A DNA stretch of 64,000 nt from Macrostomum lignano (Eukaryota). The stretch is taken from assembly GCA_002269645.1 (NCBI GenBank), contig NIVC01001601.1, forward strand, positions 124,001-188,000, written 5' to 3'. Under the pieces are notes generated by a model. The model ran no database searches. It had not been told where the DNA came from and saw only the letters and a list, made by a program, of their open reading frames with translations. A program made the translations under genes and the position numbers. Positions 48,321 through 60,293 of the stretch are shown here, piece by piece (position 1 is the first letter of the stretch; the number at the start of each line of letters is the position of its first letter).

Positions 48321-50289
48321 GAGCACCTGATTCAAGCGGCCAACATACATGTACGCTCGTGTAGTTTTCGGTGCGAGATATGACTATTTGAGCTAAAAAA
48401 GCAGGTTAATAAATTAATAAAATTACACTGTTATGCTTTTGTCTACTGTGTATACTTGATATATTTGATATTTCGTAATCACGCTTTTACTGTTATTGAT
48501 CTTACCTAATCGAAAGGCTTACAAAATGCCTGTGACCATATACTAAATGCCCTACCGTACATGACGTTTAGTGCTTAATTATTGATAGTTTTTTGCGCAT
48601 TTGAATTCCTAAGTACGCGCTTATACATGTAGCTAGCTTTCGACTATTTGTCATTTGTTTTTGACAACTGTAATCACATATTTTAGGTCCTTTAAAAGTT
48701 TAAAATTTTCAGTAATCCTCAATCACCTGTAACCATCAACAATATAAATATATAATATGATACTGTTGAATATGGTCTGTCAAATTCAATATTTGATGAG
48801 AGAGAATGCAAAAAAGAGACGAACTTTAAGGACCTCGTCTGTGGTACCTTCCCGAGAATTTTTCATTACGTTTCGCATCTGTTTTGTCTGTTGGTGGCCT
48901 CTTACCATTCCATGGTGGAGACGGAGTAACCCCTTGAACCGCAAAAAGTGTGATCTAAATCCGTAGATGGTTTTGAGAGTCATACAAAGTTGGTGCTCCC
49001 GGTAATGGCGCCCCCTCCCGAATAATATGGCGCCCCCCATAGCCGCGGCCCCCCCCCCCCGAAAGAAAAATCCTGGCTACGCCACTGCTTGGAGCACATG
49101 TTAGACAGCTCGTCATTCTTGATGCTCTTGTCGTGGGCCAGGTAGATCATTGAGTAGAGGCGGCAGCCATGGATGCAGGACTAAAAGAGCACTGGTTAGT
49201 TAGGTTTGGGTATATTCATTGCCTGTTTTTTCATTCATTCATTTTTTTTAATTCTAAACAAAAGCTTTAGGAATATCAATAGAACTATAAGAAAGGCACA
49301 ACAAATCAAAAGATGAACAGTCGGTCTGCCTCCTAACAAAGGATTTAACAATTTTTTTGCTGAAAAAGCAGGATAGCGACAAGCGCTGCCACAATTAGCT
49401 TTTTCATTTTCAGGCTTGAAAATTATAGTGTTTAGTCTTCGGCTGCTTATTCTAGTTGTATAAGGAAATATTTGTATAAGGAGGCCTTGAGGAGGGTTGC
49501 CGGGTAAGGGGCTTAGAAGTTTAACAGTACAGAGGGCGGGACATTGGAAACGTGTTTAAGCAGAGATGGCCGAGGCAAAGCCAAAACAGATAACAATGGA
49601 CTTAAAACAGTTAGAGGCAAATGAAATAATAGTAGGCAATTCATACCAGAGGCTAAAAGGCCCCAGTCCATCTCAGATCAAAGACAATGCCAAGGCGGTT
49701 GACAGGCGAAGGCAGCCAGGCAGAAAATATTTATTGAGCGAGACGCGTGCCTGCGCCGGAGATCTTCATGATGGCGATCAACCCCGTGGCAACCGAGGGG
49801 TGGACAACCCGACGAGTACGGAAAGAAATATAACAAAAAGACTCGAGGCCCGACCCCCCCCCCCGAATCGCTCTATAACTCAACAAGAGTAGAACAGTTA
49901 ATTTGAGCACTCGCCTCCGTAGCAACATACTGGTTTAGTGTTAAAGACCGGAAAAACTGCTGCATCCAGTGTCGCGGTTTACCCGTCCCGACAACAACAG
50001 GGAGGACAAAAATATGAAAATGCTATGAATATAAGCTGTCTCGAGCCTCTGACAATGCTCTCCTTCTTTGGAAAAATGCGTTATACTCACTTTCAACAGC
50101 TATGTGTCAACGAAATCTGACCGATTATTTGAACAAACGAAAACTTTAGTAAAAAAGGGGAAGACTCAAGCAATAATAGTGTTAACGGTTCTTCTCACTT
50201 TGACACAATAACGCCTGTTCTGGGTGAGCTTGAAAAAAGCAGGGGCGCCGACTGCATGGAGCGTCGACTCAGGTTGTCAGGTCTCAAAT

Positions 50290-50445
50290 CTCAGGTTGTC
50301 CTGGTCAGGACTGGCCGTGTTGCATGGCTTCAGGCGATTGAAATGCACGACCCGTCGATGCCGTCGAGCATTGGCCTCGTGCTGACTGCGGTAGGTAACC
50401 TCCGAGATCTGCTTTTTACTCCTAACGCGCCTCACTTCAACGCCG
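50290..50445 (-). pseudogene. Relic Gypsy integrase C-terminus
   Basis: Translation ISEVTYRSQHEANARRHRRVVHFNRLKPC, with VVHFNRLKPC at 50351-50322; typical post-GPY/F motif. Confidence 0.7.
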
Positions 50446-50662
50446 GTGTTATGGTTTAGAACCTCCGGGGCTCCGACCAGTTTTGGGTCGCCGATCCGGA
50501 GACTGCAAACGGGCTGGGATCTCCGACAGGAGACCTTAAAGGGTGTAAGATCTCCTTCGGAGACTACAAACGGTTATGGGTCTCCGCGATAGGAGATCCG
50601 TAACCGTTGTGGGATCTCCAGGGCATGTTTAGTAAGTGCGTGGTCATTGTTCAATACATGGG

Positions 50663-50910
50663 TGTTATTGCCACCTAGTTGAATTAGCCTAGCAGGGCGG
50701 TGCCTGTTGCCAGCGCTCTCTCTCTCTCTCTCGCCCGCTCTGTCCTAATCAATAGCATCAATAGCGTAGCAATGTACATGTTCATGAATGTACGCATCGT
50801 TCACTGTCGCCTAACAAATATATATATATATATTGGGCCCACGGCCATATGGGGCCTTAAGCCTTTCGTTTCGCGCTCACACTGCCGCCTTCACTATCGC
50901 AGTCTTTACA
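50663..50910 (+). repeat. 5' LTR (248 bp)
   Basis: TGTTATTG...TTTACA; differs from the 3' LTR by one substitution and by (CT)n and (TA)n length. Confidence 0.97.
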
Positions 50911-50911
50911 G

Positions 50912-50926
50912 TGGCATCGCAAGCAG
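50912..50926 (+). promoter_or_regulatory. Putative primer-binding site (TGGCATCGCAAGCAG)
   Basis: TGG one base after the 5' LTR; the cognate tRNA was not identified. Confidence 0.55.
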
Positions 50927-50950
50927 AGCTTACCCCTACGGTTAGCCACA

Positions 50951-51661
50951 ATGGCGCATTTCATCTCCCTGCCACCGCCTGAGCAATTCAGCACAAACAC
51001 TGATCAACAAAACATCTCTAAACGGTGGACCGTGTGGGCCGATCGCTTCCGCGACTTTATCGACGCATCCGGAATTACGGCCGAAACTCAGAAGTGCAAA
51101 CTGCTGTCCTACACGGCAGGCAGGGAGATCGCCCAAATCGTCAAGGACCTGCCGGACGACAAGAAAGACAGCTTCAGCAACTTGCTGGCCGCTCTTACAG
51201 CACACTTTGACGAACGCAAGAGTATCGTCTTCGCCCGCTACCAGTTCAGACTTTGCGTGCAGCAGACTGGAGAGCCGGTGGACGCCTGGTACGCTAGACT
51301 AAAGGCAGCTGCTGAAGCCTGCGAGTTCTCCACCCTGAAGGATTCTCTCATTAGAGACCAGATCGTCGCAACTTGCTGCTCCGACAAGCTCAGACGGCGA
51401 CTGCTCCAGGAGAGCAACATTGCATTGAACGATGCTATCAGACAGGCTCGCGCACTAGAAGCCGCGGAAGAGCAGGCCACAGCCATGGAGAGCAGCAGCA
51501 GCAGCATCGCGGCCATTCACAAGTCGGCATCAAACCAGCGCAGAGACCAGCCACAGCCAAACGGCCAGAGGCCGACATTCGCCTCCAACACCACCTGCTA
51601 CCGCTGTGGAGAGCGCGGCCACAGCAGCTGCGGCGCCGCGAAAGGGAAGACCTGCTCGTGA
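50951..51661 (+). CDS. Gag, ending at a TGA inside the second CCHC zinc knuckle
   Basis: WTVWADRF, ARYQFRLCVQQTGE, CEFSTLKDSLIRDQIV, CYRCG..H..C; the frame continues CS*CGKPNHLAKAC. Confidence 0.9.
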   Translation: MAHFISLPPPEQFSTNTDQQNISKRWTVWADRFRDFIDASGITAETQKCKLLSYTAGREIAQIVKDLPDDKKDSFSNLLAALTAHFDERKSIVFARYQFRLCVQQTGEPVDAWYARLKAAAEACEFSTLKDSLIRDQIVATCCSDKLRRRLLQESNIALNDAIRQARALEAAEEQATAMESSSSSIAAIHKSASNQRRDQPQPNGQRPTFASNTTCYRCGERGHSSCGAAKGKTCS

Positions 51662-51779
51662 TGCGGCAAGCCCAACCACCTCGCAAAGGCCTGCAGGCAA
51701 CGCCGGCAGCAGAACTCTTCCAGCATCAACGTGGTTGCAAACAACACGGACGGCAGCTCAATCTATGTCTCGCCCGACA

Positions 51780-54700
51780 CCTCACCGAAGAAGCATTCAC
51801 GATACAGACGCCGGCTGCGTCGTCAGGGCAAAGATCGGCCAACATGCGCCTGCAGATCGAAGGGAAAGAATTCAACGTGCTGGTCGACAGCGGCGCGAGC
51901 TTCCAACACCTGCAGCACGTTTCCCTGCGTGGCGCCACCCAGCAGATCTTCAGCTATGGCTCATCAACACCGCTGCAAGTGCTTGGCCTTGCCGATCTAG
52001 CTCTCCGCACCGACTCAGATGAGCTACAAGCCCCGTTCTTCATCACCAAGGGCAGTGGCATCACTCTGCTTGGGCGCAACACCGCCTTCGACATGGGAAT
52101 CCTACACATCCAGCAGCCGGCCCGACAGATCAACGCTGTGAAACCTCGTGACAGCGCCGAATCCTCGACATTGAAGAAGCTACTCGCCAAACACGATCAA
52201 AATCTGGACAACGACCTACAACCGGACTTACGGTTAGGCAACATACTTCGCGAGTTCCAGCCAGTTTTTGAAGGCCTTGGCCGGGTCAAGGACGTTGAAG
52301 TAGACGTTCGGCTGCGCCCCGAAGCCGTGCCAGTGTGCCATCCACCGTCCAGGATACCCGTCCACCAGCGACAGGCCGTCATCGACGAGCTACAGCTCCT
52401 GCTAGATGAAGGCATCATCGAGCGCGTGCATGGGCCTTCACCGTGGGTCTCCCGGATGGTTGTCGTGCCAAAGGAGTCTGGCGGCATTCGCATTTGCCAG
52501 GATCTTCGCAATGTCAACTCTTTTGCCGTGCCGGAAAAGCAGCCGATCCCGACCTTCGAGGAAATCACTGACGACATGGCGGGCTCGACCGTATTTAGCG
52601 AGTTAGACATCACGAAAGCCTTTCACCAGATCCCCGTGAGCCCGGAGTCCCGCCACCTCTTCACCTTCAGCACCCCGCTGGGCCTCATGCGACTCACCAG
52701 GCTCAGCATGGGTTTCACGAACGCGTCGGAGGTGCTGCAGAGAGTCATGACGGGAGTCCTCAGCGGCCTAAATGGTGTCAGGTGGGCCCACGACGATATC
52801 ACGATCTTCGCACGCAACATGGCCGAACACAACAGCCGTTTGAAGGCGTGCCTCCAGCGCCTCAGAGACCACGGGATCACCCTTAACCCCGATAAGTGCC
52901 GTCTCGCCCAACCTTCCATCGAATTTCTCGGAATGCGCATCAGCGCCAGCGGCGTCCAGCCAACAGAGGAGAAAATAAAGGCGCTCAAGGCCTTCAAGGT
53001 GCCCACAAACACATCGGAGCTACGCTCATTCCTTGGGCTGGCAACCTACCTGTCAAGGTGCATTCCTAACTTCTCCGACCTGACTCAACCGATGCGAGAG
53101 CTGCTCAAAAAGGGCCACGTCTGAAGCTGGACGGACAAGCAGCAAGAAGCCTTCAAACAAACTAGGGCCGCCATTTGTTCGGAAAACATTCTGGCCTTCT
53201 TCGACGTCGACATGGAGACGGAGGTGCACGTGGACGCCTCGCCGGTCGGCCTCGGCGCTATCCTGAGCCAGACGGACAAGAGAGGAGTCCGCAGACCTAT
53301 CGCCTTCGCCAGCAGATCGCTGACGGCCGTCGAGCAACGGTATGCTCAGATCGAGCGGGAGGCACTTGCTGTGAAGTTTGGCTGCCTCCGATTCGAGCAC
53401 TACCTCAGCGGCTGCCCAAGGTTCACCATCGTGACAGACCACCGCCCGCTGGTACCACTCTTCCAGCCCGGGTCTCGGCCGCCGCCCAGAATCGAGCGTA
53501 TGGCACTGAGAGTGCAGCACCTCAGCTTCAACATCATCTACCAGCCCGGGCCGCAAAACCCAGCCGACGTGCTCAGCAGGCAGCCGCAAATGCAGACAAC
53601 CGACAACCCCGGCGAAGTGCTCGACCGGCAGTTCATCAACGCCATCGCCCTCGGATCGACGCCACAAGGTCTCAGCTTCGAGTCAATCAAGCAGGCGGCC
53701 AGGCTCGACGGTGTCACTCAGGCAGCCATCTCGGCACTACAGACCAACCAGTGGACCAGCAACGACCATGAGCTCCGTGCGCTTGCCTGCATCCGGCAAG
53801 AACTGTCGGCCCACGACGGCGTTCTGCTTCGCGGTTCTTCGATCATCGTGCCAGCGAGTCTTCGGCGAGTAGTACTCCAGCTGGCGCACAAAGGCCATCA
53901 GTGCTGGCGGAAAACTCTAGACCGGCTTCAAACGAAGGTGTGGTGGCCAGGCATGAGGGGCGAATGCCAGGTTTTCGTGCAAAGCTGCCTCGCCTGCCAA
54001 GCAACGTCGCCTAAAACGACCAATCCGCCACCTCTTCAGCCCTCGCAGCTCCCCGACGGAGCCTGGCTCGTCCTCGGCATGGACTTCTACGGTTCGGTAC
54101 AGGACAAAATGCTGCTAGTGACAACAGACCTTTACTCAAAGTTTCCAGAGATCAACATCGTCAGTTCGACCTCCGCAGAGGCTGTGCTGCCACACCTGAA
54201 AACTCTCTTCAGCAGGTACGGCATCCCACAAGAAATCATCAGCGACAACGGCCCACCCTTCAACTCTGCAGAGTTCCACAGCTTTCTCGCTGAGCACGGC
54301 GTCAAGCACCGCCGCATCTGCCCGCTGCACCCGGAGGCCAACGGAGCGACCGAGCGCGTCAACCGATGCGTCAACAAGGTCGTCAGGGCGGCCATCGCCG
54401 AAGGCCGCAGCTGGCGCAGTGCCCTAGACGACTGGCTCCTCGCATACCGCGTCACTCCTCATTCGGCAACCGGAGTCGCGCCGGCCGAATTGCTAATGGG
54501 CCGGACCTTCAACGACACCGTCCCGTCGGCGCGCCCCTCGCAGCCCGTGTACCATCATCGCACACAGCTGACCCAGCGACACTCGGCCTACACCAGAGCG
54601 ATGGCCAGGGACTTCAACCGTTCCCGGAGGGCCAAGGCCTGCAGCGTGAGGCCGGGTACTGCGGTGCTACGGAGGCGGAATCAGCGAACGAAGACTCAGA

Positions 54701-54924
54701 CACCCTTCGAGGTCGAGCCCTGGACCGTCGTGGACAGGCGGGGTGACTCCTACGTGCTACAACAGGGCGACCGCACCTGCACTCGACACCTGACGCACAT
54801 CCGCCCGCTGGTGGCGGCAGAGGGCGCTGCGGCGAACGCGGAACCGACGCCGCCAGAATGCGGCATTGCCCAGCGGCCGCATCCCCGCGCGGCCAAAGAC
54901 AAGCCAATCAGCTACAAGGACTGA
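51780..54924 (+). pseudogene. Pol (protease, RT, RNase H, integrase) in the -1 frame relative to gag, with one internal TGA at 53122-53124
   Basis: LVDSGAS; GIRICQDLR; FSELDITKAFHQI; AHDD; VDASPVGLGA; IEREAL; TDHRPL; H..H...C..C; MDF, SDNGPPF, EANGATER. Sequence HV*SWTDKQQEAF has a stop where W is expected. Confidence 0.93.
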
Positions 54925-55020
54925 TTTGGGGTTGGGGCTGATTAAGGACTGGAACTATTGTACGAGTACTTCGATGACTGTCATTCGAGCTTTTATCCCC
55001 TCTTTGTTTCTTTCTGCTTT

Positions 55021-55028
55021 GGGAGAAG
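55021..55028 (+). promoter_or_regulatory. Polypurine tract (GGGAGAAG)
   Basis: Directly abuts the 3' LTR. Confidence 0.8.
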
Positions 55029-55278
55029 TGTTATTGCCACCTAGTTGAATTAACCTAGCAGGGCGGTGCCTGTTGCCAGCGCTCTCTCTCTCTCTCTCTC
55101 TCTCGCCCGCTCTGTCCTAATCAATAGCATCAATAGCGTAGCAATGTACATGTTCATGAATGTACGCATCGTTCACTGTCGCCTAACAAATATATATATA
55201 TTGGGCCCACGGCCATATGGGGCCTTAAGCCTTTCGTTTCGCGCTCACACTGCCGCCTTCACTATCGCAGTCTTTACA
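55029..55278 (+). repeat. 3' LTR (250 bp)
   Basis: Direct repeat of the 5' LTR. Confidence 0.97.
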
Positions 55279-55599
55279 ATGGGGAATACTTGATTTCGAA
55301 GTAGCCATTCGACTATTAGAAAGTAAGAAAATCCCAAACTGAAAATGGCTCATTCCTTCCGCCGTCAAATTACGCGATTAAAACATTCGACTTACGAGTA
55401 CATGTGTGTAAGACTAAAAACAAGTCTAACCAAGTCTAAATTTAGCCCCACTTGATTGATGGCTGTGTGAAAGGGCCGTATGAACTAAATGGATGAACTT
55501 ATCGAAAGAGTTGCGCAAGCTAGGCTGCTCACATGCTGGGCTTTTGAAATTGTAAAATCGCGTAATTTTTCGTGTTGGATCTCCGGGCCGGAGATCCTT

Positions 55600-56330
55600 A
55601 ACCCCGGAGAACAGATCGAAACCCTAACACCGGATTATTCAAGCAGACCAGTTGCGCCGCCTTCAAGTTTTGTCGCGCCTTTTCGTGCGATGTCTGCAGC
55701 CGGCTCCGCAGCTTGGCCACCCATTCACACGGACGTTGCTCATCCGGCGCCAGACCTCCGTAGTCCAGTGGTGGCCGCAGTTCTCGGCCGAAATGAATGC
55801 CCGAAGGTGGTAGCCCATCAGTGCAATCTGCTGATGAAGATCCCAGTCTCGCTGATTCTCGTTCACCCATGCTCGCAGCGACCGCAATTGCTTGCATAGG
55901 TGCTCGCAACTTGTGCAAGCACCTAGCGTCCGGTTCATCCGTTCTCCACCGCCGTCTCCTTCAGAGTGGTATGCACCGACTGCGGGATTCCCGAAGCGAG
56001 CCAACCACTCGTTGACAAACGTCCGGGCTGTGAGCTCAGCGTCTTAAGACGGTAGTGGAAAGGCCTCAGTCCACTTGCTGAAGGTCTCGATTCCAGGATT
56101 GACTGAATTTCCACGATCGGTCCTCGGCAGGCCCACCATGAAGTCCATTTCCAGTGGCTGGCCAACGCTGCCGACCGCCATGCTCTGTAGAGGCGCCCGC
56201 TGACAGCAGTTGCCGCATCTGCCTTTTCCGGTGGTTGACCGTCTCGCAAACAGTTCGGCAGCTGCAGCCTGTGCCTCTGCCTGTGCTCGTGGAATCGCGC
56301 TGTCGTTGTAGAGAGCCGTTATAGTCATAC
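55600..56330 (-). pseudogene. Degenerate Gypsy integrase core
   Basis: Frameshifted fragments CGNCCQRAPLQSMAVG..MDFMVGLPRTDRGN..FSKWTEAFPLP; WLARFG.P; AYH..GDG..ERMNRTL; VNENQRDWD; HEKARQNLKAAQ. Confidence 0.85.
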
Positions 56331-57229
56331 CGTAATGCACTACGTAAAGTAATATATTTTTTTCTAAGAAAATTGTCTATCTACATGTATTTTAGAATGA
56401 GTCATATCTATTTTAAGAATATCGATTTTAGAATGAGTCAAGTGTATAAACAGAAGTGACTCAGAACCCCACGTAGGACCAACGTTTTTTTGATCAAGGA
56501 ACCGATTTTCAACAGCTATATTTGTTTAATTCCACGTAACTCAAACTCAAACATTTATGAACCACACTTAGTCAAATACGTATGACCTAAGTAAATAACC
56601 GATTCTAAACCAGTTTTCCCTCGAAATTTTACTATAAATATTATCGAAAATCCGAGTCAAAACTTCAGACTCGGAGCGGTCTCTGAGAAGAAATCCTGAC
56701 CGATTGGTAAGCGTTTACCCGATTTAGTTCTAATTTGCTACAGCGTTTACAATTGTTGATTAATTGAGTTTACGAGAGCCGCGCGTTTATTGTCGACACA
56801 TCTGAGAAAGGCCTTCTGGTTTCCTAGGATAAATTTCTAGAGGATTAATTGATTAATTTGAGTTATCCGTTACGTTTCGGACGTAACGAAGAAGACGCGC
56901 CCTTCAGGAGGACCTATTTGGAGAAACTCAGAGAGTTAAATTGTTTATTAGGGCGCACGTTCTAAATTTGTTAATTCCGAGCTCGAGGACCGGCAAGAAA
57001 TTCTGATTCGCTCTCGTTTTTTGGACGACCTACAGATAAAGTCAAGGTCTCCAGGAGACAACAGCTGTTCACCGAAACCGGCCGCCGCTACCGCTCAACG
57101 AAGCTTAGCTAGCTAAGCCCCACAATCTACAAGACTCAGACGTCTACAGACCGCAAGAGGATCCGCTGCAGTAAGAGTTACTTGATTTTGCATGTGCCTA
57201 GGCACTTGTCCCCAGTGTCTAGAAGTGGG

Positions 57230-57378
57230 AGTTTTCGAGTGACTGACAACCACTCTTAAACTCTTCATCGTCACTGAACTCAACAGCGAGCGCAGAGCCA
57301 CTGCACAAGCAAGGTCCTTTTTGACACGGTTGCCGACTAAGTGTGTCTGCATTTCCAGTCTCTCGCCCTTGCGGTACC
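57230..57378 (-). pseudogene. Degenerate Gypsy RNase H end/linker; continues at 61464-61520 across the P-like insertion
   Basis: Joining across the insertion gives RW..DKLSKSDYQTGYRKGE/.GNADTLSRQPC...C.C, matching the RW...L..YDF.I.YR.G..H.NADALSR motif. Confidence 0.75.
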
Positions 57379-58591
57379 CACGGACTACTTAAGTAGAAGG
57401 ACGTAACACTCTAAAATGGTGCAAATTTTTTTGAAGGCCGATTTTTCAAACTGCTGCCATTTTTTTTTCTTTGCAGATAAAGAGCTGATTCTTTCACCAG
57501 GTTGTCCAGAATTTATTCCAGTTTTATATAAAATATTAGTTTGTAGCTTTAAAAGCATTTTTGCGGAATAAAAGTACAGTAGAGTACATGTACCCCTAGA
57601 AATTCCAAAAGCTACGAAGCTAGGACACTATGAAGATGATCTTACTGCTCTTTAAAAGTTACTCAAGATGACTAATTACTCAGAACTAGGCATACATTCA
57701 TTCTCTACACAGTAACAAAAAAACAACGCAAAGACAATCGCATCCTGCAGACCTGCTGTAGGAAGCTGTAGCGAAAAGTTTTGTATAAAACTTGAAAGAA
57801 ATAAACCTAGAGAATAATAAGTGATTTGTATTTACAAACTACAATAAACATGTAAATAATAATTTCAAAAATGCAAAACGAAAACTTCTAAAACTTTACA
57901 AAAACTGTAAAGCACAAGCTAAACGATCTCTACTACAAGCAATAAAGCACAAAATGTAGCTGGCTAATTGCAGCCTGCGATCCTGAACTGAAAAACTGAA
58001 AATTCTGAATTGTCAATACTTAAAAACCATCTTTCGCTCAATAAATAAAAAAATATGTTTTTCTATGCTACATAGTCGAAGTATTATGCAAAACAAACTC
58101 CTAAAACGCACAACAGAGAAAAACAGCACAAAGAATTTAAGAAACAACCTAGCTCACACGAACAAAGGAAGGACATAAAGGCCTTGATCTTAAACTAGAA
58201 AACACGGAATAGAAATATCAAAAACGCTTAAAAATATAACAAAATACTAGCGATGTAAGGACCATTTTTGCCACAAGAAAACTGGAAAATGTTGCGAAGG
58301 TATTAACTAGTAAAATAGTAACTAGTAACCACAAATAACAGGCTGCTTCCATAAATATTCATCTGAATCCTGGTCTTGTCATTCCTAGAATTCTGATCCA
58401 AACATCTTATTCTCGATCACCTTAACTAAATAACGTAACTAAAGAAACTGGTTGTAGCGCAGAAACAATAAACTTTAAGCAATTTCAGCGCAATACACTT
58501 TAACTGCGCGGGAGTGCTAAAATACATGTAGCGCTACAGTGGCAATTATGGCAGAGACCAAGATTAACTTGCATTATAAATACTGAACTAC

Positions 58592-59620
58592 TCAGCCTGA
58601 GGGCACAAGCTTTCGCAAGCGCCGCTGACTTGAATCGGGCGGACGTCCATCAGCCTGTGACTCGCGTCGCACCAATCCTTTAAAGAAGGTATTTGCTAGA
58701 CGCCTAGATACGTGGGTCAATTGCCCCGACTGCAGCTGGACATCCATGAACGCATCGAAAACAATTAAAAAGACAGACCGGCAGTAGTTGACGCAACGAG
58801 GTGTTGCAGCGTTGAAGTAAGCGTAGCATAGGCAAGCAAATACCACCAGCCACTCAGGAGGGTGACACAGCTTCCCTCGTGAAAGAAGCGAAGTGAATTC
58901 ACTGCTACAGGCTGGTTCGTAAACCGTAGCAGCCTGACAGTCGAGCTTTTCCTTAAAGGCCACGTAGCCACTGATAAAATATAGCGCTGCATTCTCCGCA
59001 TCAGAAATGTTGTCGGACAGTTGTGGGAGATTGTCAACAATTTTCCAGTCTCCCTGCGAAATTTCAGCAGAGCAACAGGCCAACGTTTGATGGTCGTCAC
59101 AGACTAACTCCAATTTACTGTAAAGTTGCATTCGGCGTAGCGACGGCTTGACATACACTTCATCGAATAGAATGATGCAGTACCGCTGCAATGGGCTACA
59201 GTTTTCAAGATGTGACTGCACAATCGACTGGCAGTCACTGTCTGACCCAACACTGCCAAGACCACCAATGTGCCGCTTGAGTGTAGATGGGTGAGGCAAA
59301 CAGGTGTACTCTCTCAAAGTTTTATAAGCTCCTCTCCCGGCAAAATAGAACCTGGCTGCAGTCATGATGTCCTCAGAAGTGTATCGGATTCCGTTGGGAT
59401 TAAGCGAACTTAGTTTTAGCTGTCTGAGAAGAAACAACTGCTGAGGACTGTAGCTGGTTGAACCAGTAGTAGCTTGCAATGCCTGCAAATGGCTATCCAA
59501 TTCAGCAGACTGAGTAAACTCGGCATGCCTCACCCTATTCAAAACTGCCTCCAACTGGCTGAACCGCTCCATTCGGTGTTGAAAGCCAAGCAGATCAGAA
59601 ATGCTGACAGGGGTATAGAC
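58592..59620 (-). pseudogene. P-like transposase remainder, out of frame with the THAP exons and lacking most of the catalytic core
   Basis: LPHPSTL and YCIILFDEVYVKPSL are fused almost directly to the C-terminal LYFISGYVAFK..SEFTSLLSRGKLCHP. Confidence 0.8.
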
Positions 59621-60293
59621 ACCTCGACTGTTCGTTCAGTTACAATCATCAAGTTCACTCGATCTGACTTTTGCTGCACAAGCCAGTTGTCAGTAACAAC
59701 ACAGGCTAGTTTGGGAACCTGCTCAGTAAAAGTCTGCCATGAACTGATGCGGTCCTGAGCATTGAATTCTTCTAATTCTTCTGGAATAGCAGCTCGCTCG
59801 CTCAGAAGCACACAACGTTGAGAAACCTCCCTGGATGATCCTAAATATAAATTATGGTTAGTAACAATAGACCCACATCCAAAAGGATATTATTAATGAA
59901 TAGCATATAGCATAAGTCAGATGAATCAGATCTTACTTGGCACAGTTTGGCGTACTGCACTGATAGGGACAGATGAAAAGATACTTGGAGGATCAACTGG
60001 TCGCAGAAAACGCTTTACTTTTATCATCCGAGCATTTTCAGGCCAGTGTTGGGCACAAATCTTTTTTATTGTGGTCACCTATGAAATTTAAATGCACACT
60101 TGCTTGACCAAACTTAATAATAGTGCATAAGATAATATATATATTATAACAACACATGTACCTTAACTGAAGTGGGCAAAGCCATCATCCAGGCATCACA
60201 ATCTGCTTTGTCCTTTGGAAAGCTATAAACAGCAACCTTTGGACCAGTCAAATAGTTGCCTTTGCAGTTGGGAATGCCGCACTTAAATGGCAT
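59539..60293 (-). CDS. Spliced THAP-domain protein, 191 aa (truncated P-like transposase N-terminus)
   Basis: Exons 60293-60162, 60078-59937 and 59840-59539 (GT-AG; phases 0,1). Sequence MPFKCGIPNCKGNY..YSFPKD..W..ICAQHW..DPPSIF is a C2CH THAP domain. These two upstream exons are missed by the ORF track. Confidence 0.8.

Larger units (their letters stand above)
44908..49087 (+). mobile_element. Full-length hAT DNA transposon (4180 bp)
   Basis: TIRs CAGGGGCGTAGCCAG / CTGGCTACGCCACTG (14/15); 8-bp TSD CTTGGAGC at 44900-44907 and 49088-49095; subterminal GGCGCCCC motifs; internal transposase. Confidence 0.97.
50663..55278 (+). mobile_element. Young Ty3/Gypsy LTR retrotransposon (K02A2.6/Mag-like)
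   Basis: LTRs at 50663-50910 and 55029-55278 (TGT..ACA); 5-bp TSD ATGGG at 50658-50662 and 55279-55283; domain order PR-RT-RH-IN. Confidence 0.98.

Noticed and set aside
49731-49928. Signal-peptide-like ORF MLLRRRVLKLTVLLLL as the missing first exon of the TMEM59-like gene
   Set aside because: It has no convincing donor and lacks the expected N-terminal Cys pair. The region looks LTR-like (ends GCAACA), but I found no TSD either.
51659-53124. Idea that TGA is recoded (Trp/Sec), since the gag, pol and TMEM59-like interruptions are all TGA
   Set aside because: Trp is otherwise encoded by TGG throughout, and RGS and pol end at TGA at the expected positions. TGA is also the commonest product of TGG and CGA transitions.
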